Of a DNA stretch of 64,000 bases, positions 12,855-22,433 are shown in pieces. The position numbers and the translations under genes were made by a program. How positions within the stretch are numbered: the first letter of the stretch is position 1; each line of letters starts with the position of its first letter. Source of the stretch: an uncultured Gemmatimonadales bacterium (GTDB lineage Bacteria; Gemmatimonadota; Gemmatimonadetes; Gemmatimonadales; GWC2-71-9); the NCBI GenBank assembly GCA_963739455.1, contig CAVUAK010000001.1, positions 1,824,001 through 1,888,000 of the forward strand, in the 5' to 3' direction. The notes below the pieces were generated by a model. That model searched no databases. It saw only the letters and a list, made by a program, of their open reading frames with translations, and was not told the DNA's origin.

Positions 12855-13785
12855 CGACCTTACTGCTCTTCGCCGGTCGCTCGCTGCCGCAGGAATCACC
12901 CCCGCATCAGTCATACCGCCGGCGAGTGCAGGCCGGCGCGAGGAAGCCGAAATCCATCTCGCGAAATTGCTGGAAGGTGACCACGTCGAGGCTCGCGATG
13001 TGGGCGAACCGGCCGGCTGGCCCGATCCGGTGGCGTTCCTGGATGGGGTACAGCACTCCGAGGTTGTCGGCTACGCCGGGTCATCCCCGATCGTGGTGGC
13101 CTCGGTCGCGGCCGCAGTGAGGGAGCGCACCGGCCGCGTGCTTGCCACCAGGCTGGTAGAGCGGCGCGACCTTGTCATCGGCCGCCGGGCGGCACTCGAC
13201 GACGCAGGCTCCGCACTCGATGCCTTCGAGCGGCTCGAGCTCTCCGATTCCGATCCACCCCATCCCATTCGCGAGCTGGCACAGGCCGGTGCTGCCCTCG
13301 ACGACGCGCGGGGAGCACTCGAGGTCGCAGCGGGAGTTGCCTACCGGAATGTGAGTCAGGCCTGGCTGGTGGTGGATGGCTCGCTGGCCGAGAGCCCGGT
13401 GTGGGCGCAGGATCCGCGCATGGTGGGGGTGGCGAAGAGTCATTCTTCGCTTCCGTTCGACGGCGCTGACCTCGAGGCTTACCTCAGGCTGCCGCCGGGA
13501 CATCGCTCACCGATCTTTGCCCCGGCATCCCGTCGTCTCGCTCCCGTCCGTGCATGGGCAGTGCGGCTCTGGCCGTGGGAGGGGAAGGACCTGCTGCATG
13601 GCCTCATCCGCGTCGAGGTGGCCCCGGTCAACGGCACGCCGGAGATGGCCGACCGGATCTCACGCTGGTTGCTGGCCGAGCGTGCGCCGATCAGCGCTCC
13701 CGACCCGAGGTGGGATCGGATGCTGTACGGGATCCGTAGTGTCGAGGAGTTCCTGAAAGCGACGCGCGTCTCACCCCACCGTTAG
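12847..13785 (+). CDS. nurA: NurA-like 5'-3' nuclease
   Basis: AFLDGVQ, LVVDGSL and VGVAKS motifs of the NurA RNase H-like fold; directly upstream of HerA. Confidence 0.8.
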   Translation: MTSDLTALRRSLAAAGITPASVIPPASAGRREEAEIHLAKLLEGDHVEARDVGEPAGWPDPVAFLDGVQHSEVVGYAGSSPIVVASVAAAVRERTGRVLATRLVERRDLVIGRRAALDDAGSALDAFERLELSDSDPPHPIRELAQAGAALDDARGALEVAAGVAYRNVSQAWLVVDGSLAESPVWAQDPRMVGVAKSHSSLPFDGADLEAYLRLPPGHRSPIFAPASRRLAPVRAWAVRLWPWEGKDLLHGLIRVEVAPVNGTPEMADRISRWLLAERAPISAPDPRWDRMLYGIRSVEEFLKATRVSPHR

Positions 13786-13794
13786 GTTTGTTGA

Positions 13795-15726
13795 ATGCCA
13801 GCGCCCATTGGTCGCGTCGTTGCCACCGAGCTCAAGCCCAGCACCCCGCACCAGTTCTACTTCTGGACCGCGACGGAGTCTGAGGTCGGGATCGGTGCGA
13901 TTGTGCGCGTCGATCACCCGGGGCGAACCGTGTACGGCGTGGTTACCGATGGCATGGCCTACGCCGACCTGGCATCGCCGCTTCATGCCGTCATCGGCGC
14001 GGAAGGCGACCCCTCCGTTGTGGCGAACGAGCCCACCGCCCGCACCGAGGTGCGTCTTTTCCTGGCGGCCGTGCTGCGCCAGGTCCCCGAGGAACCGCTT
14101 CAGCCGGTGCCGCTCGGCGCCGTGCACCTCGCCACCGATGCCGACGTGGAGCTGGCGCTCCGCATGGATGCGTACACCCGCTCCGAGCGGCCCACCGGCA
14201 TTCCTGTCGGCGTCTACGCCCTGGGAGGCCATGAGTCGCCGGTGCTCCTCGATGCCGATTTCCTCCTCGGGCCCGAGGCGGCGCACCTCAACATCACCGG
14301 CGTGTCGGGCCTGGCCACGAAGACCAGCGCCGTCGAGTTCCTCCTCTCGAGCATCTTCCAGACCTTCCCGGCGCATCGCGGTTCCATTGCCGCCGTGTGC
14401 TTCAACGTGAAGGGTCCCGATCTCTGCTTCCTCGACCAGCCGGGCGAGATCTCCGAGCGGGATCACGCCCTGTACGACAAGCTGGGACTCGCCGCCGAGC
14501 CGCTGACGAAGGCCCGCTATTTCGCGCCCTTCAAGGCCGACGGCGTCAACCTCAACACCTTGCGGACGCACGAGGCGCTGCAGCACAACACCGAGCCGCT
14601 CGTGTGGGGCCTTCGCGAAGTGCTGGACTATGCGGAAGTGGTGATGAATCGCGATGACATCGACGCCAAGGCCGATGCCTTTATCGATTTCCTCGGCGAG
14701 CGTGTGGTGGGACGCGAGTTCACCGATGACCTGCTCCGTGGCAAGCCGTTCAAGGTCGAGAGCTTTGCCGACCTGGAGGAGTTCTTCCGGGCCATCTTCG
14801 ATTTCATGGAGGCGATGGGCCGGGGTGGAGAGGTGTGGCGCACGCATCACGTCGCGACCATTCGAAAAGTGCGCAACCGGCTCGGAAACATCAGCACCCG
14901 CGCGAAGGGCCTGGTCATCGATGACGGCGCCCCAAACGACCTGCCGTGGGGCAAGTTCGAGGACCGTACCGTCTACGTGGTAGATGTCGCCGGGGTTGAT
15001 CCACTGGCCCAGGACCTCGTCTTCGCCCGGTGCGTCTCCAAGCTGCGGGAGCACCTCGAGCGTCGAGATCTTGGCGTCGACCACGTCGTCGTTTTCGTGG
15101 ACGAACTGAACAAGTACGCCCCCGCCGACGGGCCGGACACCTACGTACGCAAGATGCTGCTCGACCTGGCCGAGCGCGGGCGATACCTCGGCCTCGTCCT
15201 GTTCTCGGCGCAGCAGTTCCGTTCGCAGGTGCAGCGCCGCATTGTTGGCAACGCCGGCACCTCTGTGTTCGGCCGGATGGACATGGACGAGCTGGCGACG
15301 CCTGCCTATTCCACACTCTCGCCGGCGATCAAGATCAAGCTGGCCACGCTTCCAAAGGGCGAGCTGATGCTCCGTCATCCGCACTTCACCCAGCCAATCT
15401 TCGCCCGCTTCCCGCGGCCGGCCATGCTGAGCGGCCGCGAGGGCGTCGAGCGCTTTCCGCCCGGGGCCGAGTTGCCCTTCGCGGATGCCGTGGCGCGGCA
15501 GCTCAGGCAGTTGGATCGTCGCGTGTCGACTGACGCTGTGCGCGCGCTGGTGGAGGGTCGCCCTGAGCTTGATGTCCGGCGGGCACTCGCCCTGACACGC
15601 CGCACCCGTCCGGACGATGTGCTCGCCTTCTTCACTGCGAAGCTGGGGCGCCGCATCGGCGGGGAGGTGGTCACGCCGCGGAGCACGGTCCGTCCAGTCG
15701 CGAGCGGCGTGGACCCCTATCAGTAG
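13795..15726 (+). CDS. herA: HerA-like ATPase/helicase (HAS barrel + FtsK/HerA ATPase)
   Basis: N-terminal IGRVV...F.FW barrel, variant Walker A HLNITGVSGLATKTS, Walker B VVFVDELNKY, AERGRYLGLVLFSAQQ. Confidence 0.88.
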   Translation: MPAPIGRVVATELKPSTPHQFYFWTATESEVGIGAIVRVDHPGRTVYGVVTDGMAYADLASPLHAVIGAEGDPSVVANEPTARTEVRLFLAAVLRQVPEEPLQPVPLGAVHLATDADVELALRMDAYTRSERPTGIPVGVYALGGHESPVLLDADFLLGPEAAHLNITGVSGLATKTSAVEFLLSSIFQTFPAHRGSIAAVCFNVKGPDLCFLDQPGEISERDHALYDKLGLAAEPLTKARYFAPFKADGVNLNTLRTHEALQHNTEPLVWGLREVLDYAEVVMNRDDIDAKADAFIDFLGERVVGREFTDDLLRGKPFKVESFADLEEFFRAIFDFMEAMGRGGEVWRTHHVATIRKVRNRLGNISTRAKGLVIDDGAPNDLPWGKFEDRTVYVVDVAGVDPLAQDLVFARCVSKLREHLERRDLGVDHVVVFVDELNKYAPADGPDTYVRKMLLDLAERGRYLGLVLFSAQQFRSQVQRRIVGNAGTSVFGRMDMDELATPAYSTLSPAIKIKLATLPKGELMLRHPHFTQPIFARFPRPAMLSGREGVERFPPGAELPFADAVARQLRQLDRRVSTDAVRALVEGRPELDVRRALALTRRTRPDDVLAFFTAKLGRRIGGEVVTPRSTVRPVASGVDPYQ

Positions 15727-15765
15727 CCGCTTGCCCCTCGGGGCGCATCGCTCCATTCTCTACTC

Positions 15766-16953
15766 GTGAAACTCGCCCATATCGCGGATTCCCACCTGGG
15801 AATCCGTCAGTACCATCGCCAGACCCCCACGGGCATCAACCAGCGGGAAGCCGACGTCGCCAACGCCTTCCGCGGCGCCATCGACGACGTCATCGCGCAG
15901 CGTCCCGACGTGGTCATCATCGCCGGCGATCTTTTCCATTCAGTGCGTCCTACCAATGCCGCGATCGTCTTCGCCTTTCGCCAGTTCCAGCGCCTGCGGG
16001 AGGCCCTGGGCCCCGATGTCCCGGTCATCATCGTCGCCGGCAACCACGACACGCCCCGCTCCTCCGAAACCGGCAGCATCCTCCGGCTGTTCGAGGAGCT
16101 TGGCATTGCGGTCGCGATCGATGAGGCGCGCCGCTTCGACTTTCCGGCGCTCGACCTGAGCGTGCTGGCGGTGCCGCATCCCGCGCTGCTCGCGCCTGAC
16201 CCGCCGGAGATGAGGCCCACCGGCTCAGCCAGGTATCACGTCCTCGCGATTCATGCCGAAGCGCCGGGGCTGCTGCCCGCGGACCGGTCAGGCCTCGAGT
16301 ATGGTGGCGTGATCGTCACCCCCGAGCAGATCGGATCCGGGGCCTGGAACTACGTGGCATGGGGCCATTATCACGTGCGTCGGCAGCTCGCGGAGAAAGA
16401 GTGGTATTCAGGCTCGCTCGAGTACACCAGCACGAACATCTGGGGCGAGCGCGCAGAGGAAGAGGCGAACGGCATCGACGCCAAGAGCTGGCTCATGGTG
16501 GATGTCGCGACGGGGACCGTGACGCCGCACAGCGTCAAGCACGCCCGCCGCGTAATCGACCTCCCGCCGATCTATGCCGACGGGCTCGGCGCGCCCGAGC
16601 TGGATGCGGCGATCGCCGACCGGGTTGAGTCCGTCCCTGACGGAATCGCGCAGCAGATCGTGCGGCTCGTAGTGTTCGACGTGCCTCGCACCGTGGCGCG
16701 GGAACTGAACCACGCACAGATCCGGGCCTGGAAGGCGGCCGCATTGCACTTCCATCTCGACCTGCGGCGGCCGGTGCGCAACCGGGCCACGGGTGTCGGT
16801 GCGCCGGGCCGGCGGCAGACCCTGCCCGAGGTGGTACGTGACTGGCTCAGCGATCGCGTCCTGCCGGGTGAGATCGATCGCGAGCGCTTCGTTGCGCGCG
16901 GCGTGGAGCTGGTGGAGCAGGCCGAGACCGACGGTGGGGATGTCGTCGCATGA
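15766..16953 (+). CDS. sbcD: Mre11/SbcD-type DNA repair nuclease
   Basis: Metallophosphoesterase motifs DSHLG, GDLFH, GNHD, GHYH, YSGSLE. Confidence 0.93.
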   Translation: MKLAHIADSHLGIRQYHRQTPTGINQREADVANAFRGAIDDVIAQRPDVVIIAGDLFHSVRPTNAAIVFAFRQFQRLREALGPDVPVIIVAGNHDTPRSSETGSILRLFEELGIAVAIDEARRFDFPALDLSVLAVPHPALLAPDPPEMRPTGSARYHVLAIHAEAPGLLPADRSGLEYGGVIVTPEQIGSGAWNYVAWGHYHVRRQLAEKEWYSGSLEYTSTNIWGERAEEEANGIDAKSWLMVDVATGTVTPHSVKHARRVIDLPPIYADGLGAPELDAAIADRVESVPDGIAQQIVRLVVFDVPRTVARELNHAQIRAWKAAALHFHLDLRRPVRNRATGVGAPGRRQTLPEVVRDWLSDRVLPGEIDRERFVARGVELVEQAETDGGDVVA

Positions 16954-19373
16954 TCATCCACCGCCTGCGACTGGTGAACTTCCGGCAGCATGAGAACACC
17001 GAGATCGAGTTCGGCAACGGATTGACCGGCATTGTCGGCCCCAACGGCGCGGGCAAGACGACGCTGCTCGAGGCCATTGCCTGGGCGATGTACGGCATGC
17101 CGGCGGCACGCGGCACCAGGGAGAGCATCAAGCGCCGAGGTGCCCCGCCGCGCGCCAGCGTCGAGGTCGAACTGGTGTTCTCGCTGGGAGCACATCGCTA
17201 TCGCGTCGTGCGGAAGATGGGCAGCGCGGAGCTCTATCTCGACGCCTCGGACGCACCGATTGCCACCGGCATCGGGCCGGTCACCGACCGGGTCACGCGG
17301 CTCATGGGCATGCGGCGCGACGAGTTCTTCAACACCTACTTCACGGGGCAGAAGGAACTCGCGGTCATGTCGGCGATGAAGCCGACCGAGCGGGCGCAGT
17401 TCCTCTCACGCGTCCTGGGTTACGAGCGGCTTCGAGTAGGGCAGGATCGCCTGCGCAACGAGAAGACTGCGCTGCGCGCACGGCTCGATACGCTGCGGAG
17501 CGGGCTGCCGGACCCGGTCGCGTTGCAGGAAGCGGTCGCGGCCACCACCGAGCGATGCAACGCGACCGAGAAGCTGGTGACTGCCGCTCGCGAGCAGGTA
17601 CAGAAGGCGGATCGCCGCCACGCGGAGCTCGGCCCGCAGTGGGCGGCGGCGCAGAAGCAGCGCGAGGCGGCGACGGCGCTCGATTCCGAGCTGCGCCTGG
17701 CTCAGCGCGACGTGGAGACGACGGGCCGGGAGGTGGCGCGGGTTACAGTCGAGCTGCAGGCGGCGACGGTGGCGGCCGCCCGAGTAGCCGAACTGGGAAC
17801 GCTGCTCACGCTGCTTCCTGCCCTCCGCGAGGAAGCGGCGTCGCTCACCAGGGATGCGGAGGGCAACAATCGGCGCGCGGCCAAGGGGGCCGAACGGAAG
17901 GAGATCGTGCGCCGGCGGAAGGAACTGGCGAAGCTGCTGGACAAGGCGCCGAGCGAGACACAGCTCGAGAATGCAACGGTTGCCCTGAACACGGTGCGGG
18001 AAGCACGCGACTTCACGTTGCGGTCCCTCGAGGCGCGGCGCACCCTCTGGGTCCAGGACACGCAGGAAGCCAAGACCAAGCGCGAAGGCCTGCGCGACCA
18101 GTACAAGGACCTGGCGGAGCAGCGGAAGCAGATCGTGAGCGCCGGTGTGGAGGGGGCGTGCCCGACCTGCGGCCGCCCGCTCCGCAAGGAATATGAATCA
18201 GTGCTCGGGGTACTCGACCGTCAGGCTGAGGAAGTGAAGTTCAACGGCAGCTTCTATAACCAGCGCTTGGAGCAGCTCAAGGATGCGCCGGCAGAGGTGA
18301 AGCAGCTCGAAGAGCAGCTGCAGGAGCTCGAGCGCAAGCTGCAGGCGGCGGTGCAGGCCGGTGCGAGCCTCGCGGCGGCTGTCACGGAATCCACCAAGCA
18401 GCGGACCGAGGTCGCCCAGCTGGACAAGCGACTCAGTGCAATCGAGGCAGATCTGGCCGAGTTGCCCGGCGTGGTGTACGATCAGGAAAGACATGCCCAC
18501 GTACAGGCGGAGCTCAAGCGCCTCGAGCCGCTGAACCTCGAACTCGAGCGGCATCGCGTCGGCGCGGAGAAGCTGGCGGGCCTGCAGGACGCGGCCGCAA
18601 CCGCAGAGACCTCCCGGGTTGCGGCCCAGGCGCGGGAAGCCAAGGTGCGGGTGTCGCTGGCGGAGCTTGGATTCAGCGAGGAGGGCTACCGCGACCTGGA
18701 GGAGTCGTGGGGCGGCGCGGAAAAGGCGCGCCAGGATGCGGCGCTGGCAATGATCCGGGTGCAGGGCGACATGCAGTCGGCCGTCACGGCGAGGGCGCAG
18801 GCGTTGCGGCAGGTCGAGGAGCGGTCCAGGCGGGCGAAGGAAGCTGACGACGTGGCCCTGCAGCTCCGCACCAACCAGGAGCTCGATGCCGCCCTCGGCG
18901 ACCTGCGCGACGAGCTGAATGCGGCGCTGCGTCCCGATCTCTCCGACCTGGCATCAGTGTTCCTGCGCGACCTCACCAATGGCCGCTACTCGGAACTGGA
19001 GCTCGATGAGGACTACAAGACGGCGCTGCTCGACGAGGGCGAACCCAAGGGCGTCATTTCCGGGGGCGAAGAGGATGTCGCCAACCTGGCGCTGCGCCTG
19101 GCCATCAGCCAGATGATCGCCGAGCGCGCGGGACAGCCGCTGTCGCTGCTCATCCTCGATGAGATCTTCGGGTCGCTGGATGAGGACCATCGCGCCTCGG
19201 TGGTCGAGCTGCTGCGCAACCTCGCGGACCGGTTCCCCCAGGTCATCCTCATCACGCACATCGACTCGGTGCGTGACGGCTTCGATCGCATTGTTCGCGT
19301 CACCTTCGACCAGCGCCGCGGTGCTTCCATGGTGGCCGACGAACAGCTTGAGGGACATGATGTGGCGGCCTGA
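16950..19373 (+). CDS. sbcC: Rad50/SbcC SMC-like ATPase with zinc hook
   Basis: Walker A GPNGAGKTT, coiled coils, central CPTC hook, signature SGGE, Walker B LILDEIFGSLD, H-loop ITH. Confidence 0.95.
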   Translation: MIIHRLRLVNFRQHENTEIEFGNGLTGIVGPNGAGKTTLLEAIAWAMYGMPAARGTRESIKRRGAPPRASVEVELVFSLGAHRYRVVRKMGSAELYLDASDAPIATGIGPVTDRVTRLMGMRRDEFFNTYFTGQKELAVMSAMKPTERAQFLSRVLGYERLRVGQDRLRNEKTALRARLDTLRSGLPDPVALQEAVAATTERCNATEKLVTAAREQVQKADRRHAELGPQWAAAQKQREAATALDSELRLAQRDVETTGREVARVTVELQAATVAAARVAELGTLLTLLPALREEAASLTRDAEGNNRRAAKGAERKEIVRRRKELAKLLDKAPSETQLENATVALNTVREARDFTLRSLEARRTLWVQDTQEAKTKREGLRDQYKDLAEQRKQIVSAGVEGACPTCGRPLRKEYESVLGVLDRQAEEVKFNGSFYNQRLEQLKDAPAEVKQLEEQLQELERKLQAAVQAGASLAAAVTESTKQRTEVAQLDKRLSAIEADLAELPGVVYDQERHAHVQAELKRLEPLNLELERHRVGAEKLAGLQDAAATAETSRVAAQAREAKVRVSLAELGFSEEGYRDLEESWGGAEKARQDAALAMIRVQGDMQSAVTARAQALRQVEERSRRAKEADDVALQLRTNQELDAALGDLRDELNAALRPDLSDLASVFLRDLTNGRYSELELDEDYKTALLDEGEPKGVISGGEEDVANLALRLAISQMIAERAGQPLSLLILDEIFGSLDEDHRASVVELLRNLADRFPQVILITHIDSVRDGFDRIVRVTFDQRRGASMVADEQLEGHDVAA

Positions 19374-20310
19374 CCGGAGCGTTCACGGCCCGGACCGGGG
19401 AACGGTCGACGACGTCGAGCCGCTCAACCGGCTCTTCACCGAGGCATTCACCGATCGGTATGCTCGAGACGGGCTCACGGGTGTGCGCGTGCCGCCACTC
19501 ACGCCGGCGGTGTGGCGCTATGCCGTGGAGGATGCCGCCGAGGGCGCGATGCTCTGGCGCGATTCGGATGGCCAGCTGGCGGCGTTCAACATGGTGCACC
19601 AGTCAGGCACCGAGGGATGGATGGGGCCCATTGCAGTGCGGCCGGACCGGCAGGGCGCCGGCGTTGGCCGCGCCGTCGTGCAGGCCGGCGTCGACCTCCT
19701 GCGATCGCGCGGGGCCACCACGATCGGCCTCGAGACGATGCCACGCACCACGGACAACATCGGGTTCTACGGCACGCTGGGGTTCGTGCCGCGCCACCTC
19801 ACGATCACGCTCCTGCGCGATGCCGTGCGCGCGGTCGCGCGTGACGCATCACGGCTTTCTGCCGGTGACATCGCTGCCGGGGTGGCGGAGTGCGCGGAAC
19901 TCACGTCGCTCGTGGCACCGGGCATCGATTTCACCAGGGAGCTGGTGCTGACGCACGAAATGGGGCTGGGGGACACCACGATGGTGCGCCGGAGTGGCCG
20001 ACTCGTGGCCTTCGCGCTCTGGCAGTCCACGCCACTCGCGGCCGGACGCCCGCGCGATGAACAACGCGTGCTGAAACTGGTGGCGACAGATGCCGCGGCA
20101 TTTGAGCGTCTCGTCGACGGGCTTCAGGCGGACGCCATCGCGTCACGCCTCCGCCGGGTGGCGATCCGCTGCCAGACGGCCATGAGCGGTACCTACGAGC
20201 ACCTGACGCGTCGGGGCTTTCGCGTGCACTGGACTGACTTGCGGATGACGCTTCCCGATGCCCCCGAGCCGGAGACGAACGGGATTCTCATGTCGAACTG
20301 GGAGATATAG
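19360..20310 (+). CDS. GNAT family N-acetyltransferase (two GNAT-like domains)
   Basis: IAVRPDRQGAGVGRAV acetyl-CoA motif, NIGFYGTLGF; start overlaps the rad50 stop. Confidence 0.85.
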   Translation: MWRPDRSVHGPDRGTVDDVEPLNRLFTEAFTDRYARDGLTGVRVPPLTPAVWRYAVEDAAEGAMLWRDSDGQLAAFNMVHQSGTEGWMGPIAVRPDRQGAGVGRAVVQAGVDLLRSRGATTIGLETMPRTTDNIGFYGTLGFVPRHLTITLLRDAVRAVARDASRLSAGDIAAGVAECAELTSLVAPGIDFTRELVLTHEMGLGDTTMVRRSGRLVAFALWQSTPLAAGRPRDEQRVLKLVATDAAAFERLVDGLQADAIASRLRRVAIRCQTAMSGTYEHLTRRGFRVHWTDLRMTLPDAPEPETNGILMSNWEI

Positions 20311-20458
20311 GGCGCAGCACCAGCCAGCGCACGAGCAGCAGGATGCCCACGGCATACAACCCGTGCGGCAATCCACTCGGCACCTGTCGCACGAAGATGA
20401 GGAATGCCCAGGCAATGAGGGCTACGATCGCTACGGCAAGCGACAGCTTGGGCGTCAT
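20288..20458 (-). CDS. Small (56 aa) two-helix membrane protein, not in the ORF track
   Basis: Hand translation MTPKLSLAVAIVALIAWAFLIFVRQVPSGLPHGLYAVGILLLVRWLVLRPISPSST*, with AGGA upstream. Confidence 0.65.
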   Translation of the reverse strand: MTPKLSLAVAIVALIAWAFLIFVRQVPSGLPHGLYAVGILLLVRWLVLRPISPSST

Positions 20459-20475
20459 GCGGATTGGTTCCTGTG

Positions 20476-20504
20476 TTGACGGTCTGACTGCCGTGTCCTA
20501 AGTT
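20476..20504 (+). promoter_or_regulatory. Sigma70-type promoter for the ncRNA candidate
   Basis: TTGACG (20476-20481), 17 bp, TAAGTT (20499-20504); predicted start near 20511. Confidence 0.65.
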
Positions 20505-20510
20505 AGTTGT

Positions 20511-20706
20511 GTCGGTGGCGGGGATCTACGTTATCGAGCCGATAAGTTAGGCCCAGGGCCCAGATATTGTGGCTGCTGCCATGCCCCTCGGGGGAAGACA
20601 AAAGCCATGACGAGGGTGCCGAGCATTCCGGTTGGGCTTCAGTAACCCTCTCCGTCGCCGTTTCTTCAGGTAAGCGCCGACTCCAAGCGGGTCGGCGCTT
20701 GCTTTT
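20511..20706 (+). ncRNA. Structured rod-like ncRNA candidate (6S RNA-like in size and shape)
   Basis: Nested pairings 20513-20524/20649-20660 (12 bp, 3 G-U), 20530-34/20642-46, 20536-40/20635-39, 20567-74/20603-10, and apical cccc-tcg-gggg. Bounded by a promoter and a terminator. Confidence 0.6.
20672..20706 (+). terminator. Intrinsic terminator
   Basis: Stem aagcgccgac (20672-20681) / gtcggcgctt (20691-20700) followed by gctttt. Confidence 0.75.
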
Positions 20707-20765
20707 CGCGCAACTTCGCGGGCACCACGGGGTGCCTCATGCATACCTAACGCCGGGGCTGCTCC

Positions 20766-21179
20766 ATGCCGAGATGCCGCGTGACGCGTCGTGTGCACTT
20801 CAATGCCGCTCACCGCCTGAACAATCCTGCCCGGACCGAAGCCTGGAATGCGGCCACGTTCGGCGCATGTAACAATCCAAACTTCCACGGCCACAACTAC
20901 GAGCTGGACATCAGCGTCGAGGGCGAGGTCAACCCCGACTCCGGCTATGTGCTCGACCTGAACACGCTCAAGCAGGTGGCGGAGGACCGTGTTCTGCGGC
21001 ACCTCGACCACAAGAACCTCAATCTGGACGTAGCCTGGTTTGCTGAGCTCAACCCGACGTCCGAGAATCTGGCCGTCGTGATCTGGCGCGAGCTGCGTGG
21101 CGCCGTGCCCGACGACCTGGCGCTCAGCGTTCGTCTCTGGGAAACCCCGAGGAACTATGTCGACTACGCCGGCGCCTGA
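20766..21179 (+). CDS. 6-pyruvoyl-tetrahydropterin synthase family protein with PTPS-II-type C-X5-HGH motif
   Basis: [38 protein letters not shown]. Confidence 0.9.
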   Translation: MPRCRVTRRVHFNAAHRLNNPARTEAWNAATFGACNNPNFHGHNYELDISVEGEVNPDSGYVLDLNTLKQVAEDRVLRHLDHKNLNLDVAWFAELNPTSENLAVVIWRELRGAVPDDLALSVRLWETPRNYVDYAGA

Positions 21180-21741
21180 CCTCACGATTGCCCCGCACGT
21201 CCGCGCCATTCTCGCGGAACTGGGTGAAGACCCGGATCGCGAGGGTCTGCTGAAGACGCCCGAACGCGTCGACAAGTCATATCGCTTCCTCACGCGGGGC
21301 TATTCGCAGACCCTCGACGAGGTGATTGGCGATGCATTGTTCGAGGAAGCGCACGAGAGCATGATCCTGGTGAAGGACATCGAGTTCTACTCGCTGTGCG
21401 AGCACCATATGCTGCCGTTCTTTGGTCGCGCGCATGTCGCATATATCCCGCATGGACGGATCATGGGCCTCTCCAAGGCCGCCCGGATCGTGGACATGTT
21501 TGCGCGCCGGCTGCAGGTGCAGGAGCGGCTCACCGACCAGATCGCTGACGCGATCATGAACGCGCTGCAGCCGCGGGGTGTTGGTGTGGTGATCGAGGCA
21601 TCGCACCTCTGCATGATGATGCGCGGCGTCGAGAAGCAGAGTTCCCGCACCGTCACGAGTGCGCTGCGCGGGATCTTCCGCGACGACCAGCGCACGCGCA
21701 ACGAGTTCCTGCGCCTGGCGCACGCGCCCGGACACGAGTGA
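21157..21741 (+). CDS. folE: GTP cyclohydrolase I
   Basis: [44 protein letters not shown]. Confidence 0.97.
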   Translation: MSTTPAPDLTIAPHVRAILAELGEDPDREGLLKTPERVDKSYRFLTRGYSQTLDEVIGDALFEEAHESMILVKDIEFYSLCEHHMLPFFGRAHVAYIPHGRIMGLSKAARIVDMFARRLQVQERLTDQIADAIMNALQPRGVGVVIEASHLCMMMRGVEKQSSRTVTSALRGIFRDDQRTRNEFLRLAHAPGHE

Positions 21742-22433
21742 CGGACCTCGAGGGACAGGTCGCGGTCGTCACCGGCGCTTCCCGCGGGATCGGCGCCGCC
21801 ACCGCGACAGTGCTCGCGAATGCCGGGGCCCGCGTCGTCCGAATCGCGCGATCCCTCCCGAAGGTCCAGCCTGACCGGTTCATCGACTTCCCCTGCGACC
21901 TCACCGACCTCGCCGCCTGGCAGGCCACCTCGAGGCGAATCCTCGCCGAGGTGGGCGTGCCTTCGATTGTCGTGAGCAACGCCGGCGCGTTCGTCTTGAA
22001 GCTGCTGCACGAGACGTCCCAGGAAGATTTCGACGCGCAGCTGGACATCAACCTCCGTGCCCCGTTTGCCGTGGCGCACGCGTTGCTGCCCGGCATGCGC
22101 GCCGCGGGCCGGGGCACCTTCATTCACGTCGGCAGCGTTGCCGATCACACCGCATACCCCGAGAATGCGGCGTACGCGGCCTCGAAGTACGGGCTGCGTG
22201 GGCTGCACGAGGTGCTGGTCGCCGAGTACCGTGGCACCGGAGTGCGGCTTTCGCTCGTTTCGCCGGGCCCGACCGACACGTCGGTGTGGGACCCGGTCGA
22301 TCCCGATCACCAGCCGCACCTGCCCAATCGGGCCAGCATGCTTCGACCCGCCGATGTCGCCGAGGCGGTACTGTTCCTCGCGACCCGCCCCGCGCACGTC
22401 CACGTCGATTGGCTCCGCCTTGGTCCAGTCTAG
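21738..22433 (+). CDS. Short-chain dehydrogenase/reductase (candidate pterin/sepiapterin reductase)
   Basis: [17 protein letters not shown]; translationally coupled to folE. Confidence 0.88.
   Translation: MTDLEGQVAVVTGASRGIGAATATVLANAGARVVRIARSLPKVQPDRFIDFPCDLTDLAAWQATSRRILAEVGVPSIVVSNAGAFVLKLLHETSQEDFDAQLDINLRAPFAVAHALLPGMRAAGRGTFIHVGSVADHTAYPENAAYAASKYGLRGLHEVLVAEYRGTGVRLSLVSPGPTDTSVWDPVDPDHQPHLPNRASMLRPADVAEAVLFLATRPAHVHVDWLRLGPV

Noticed and set aside
13795..15726. HerA as part of an anti-phage system (SIR2-HerA or nuclease-HerA)
   Set aside because: Its neighbours are NurA, Mre11 and Rad50 in a housekeeping context; there is no SIR2 gene or defence island.
13771..15756. Long antisense ORFs (also 35592-37538, 43151-45025, 49474-51558, 57027-58469 and the N-terminal extension of 38970-41087)
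   Set aside because: Shadow ORFs opposite well-supported genes in GC-rich DNA; no recognisable motifs.
20766..21179. queD / queuosine pathway with a preQ1 riboswitch
   Set aside because: The motif is C-X5-HGH rather than C-X3-HGH and no queC/E/F is nearby. By eye, the leader did not match preQ1, THF, ZTP, SAM-I, TPP or Moco consensus; a cmscan is still needed.
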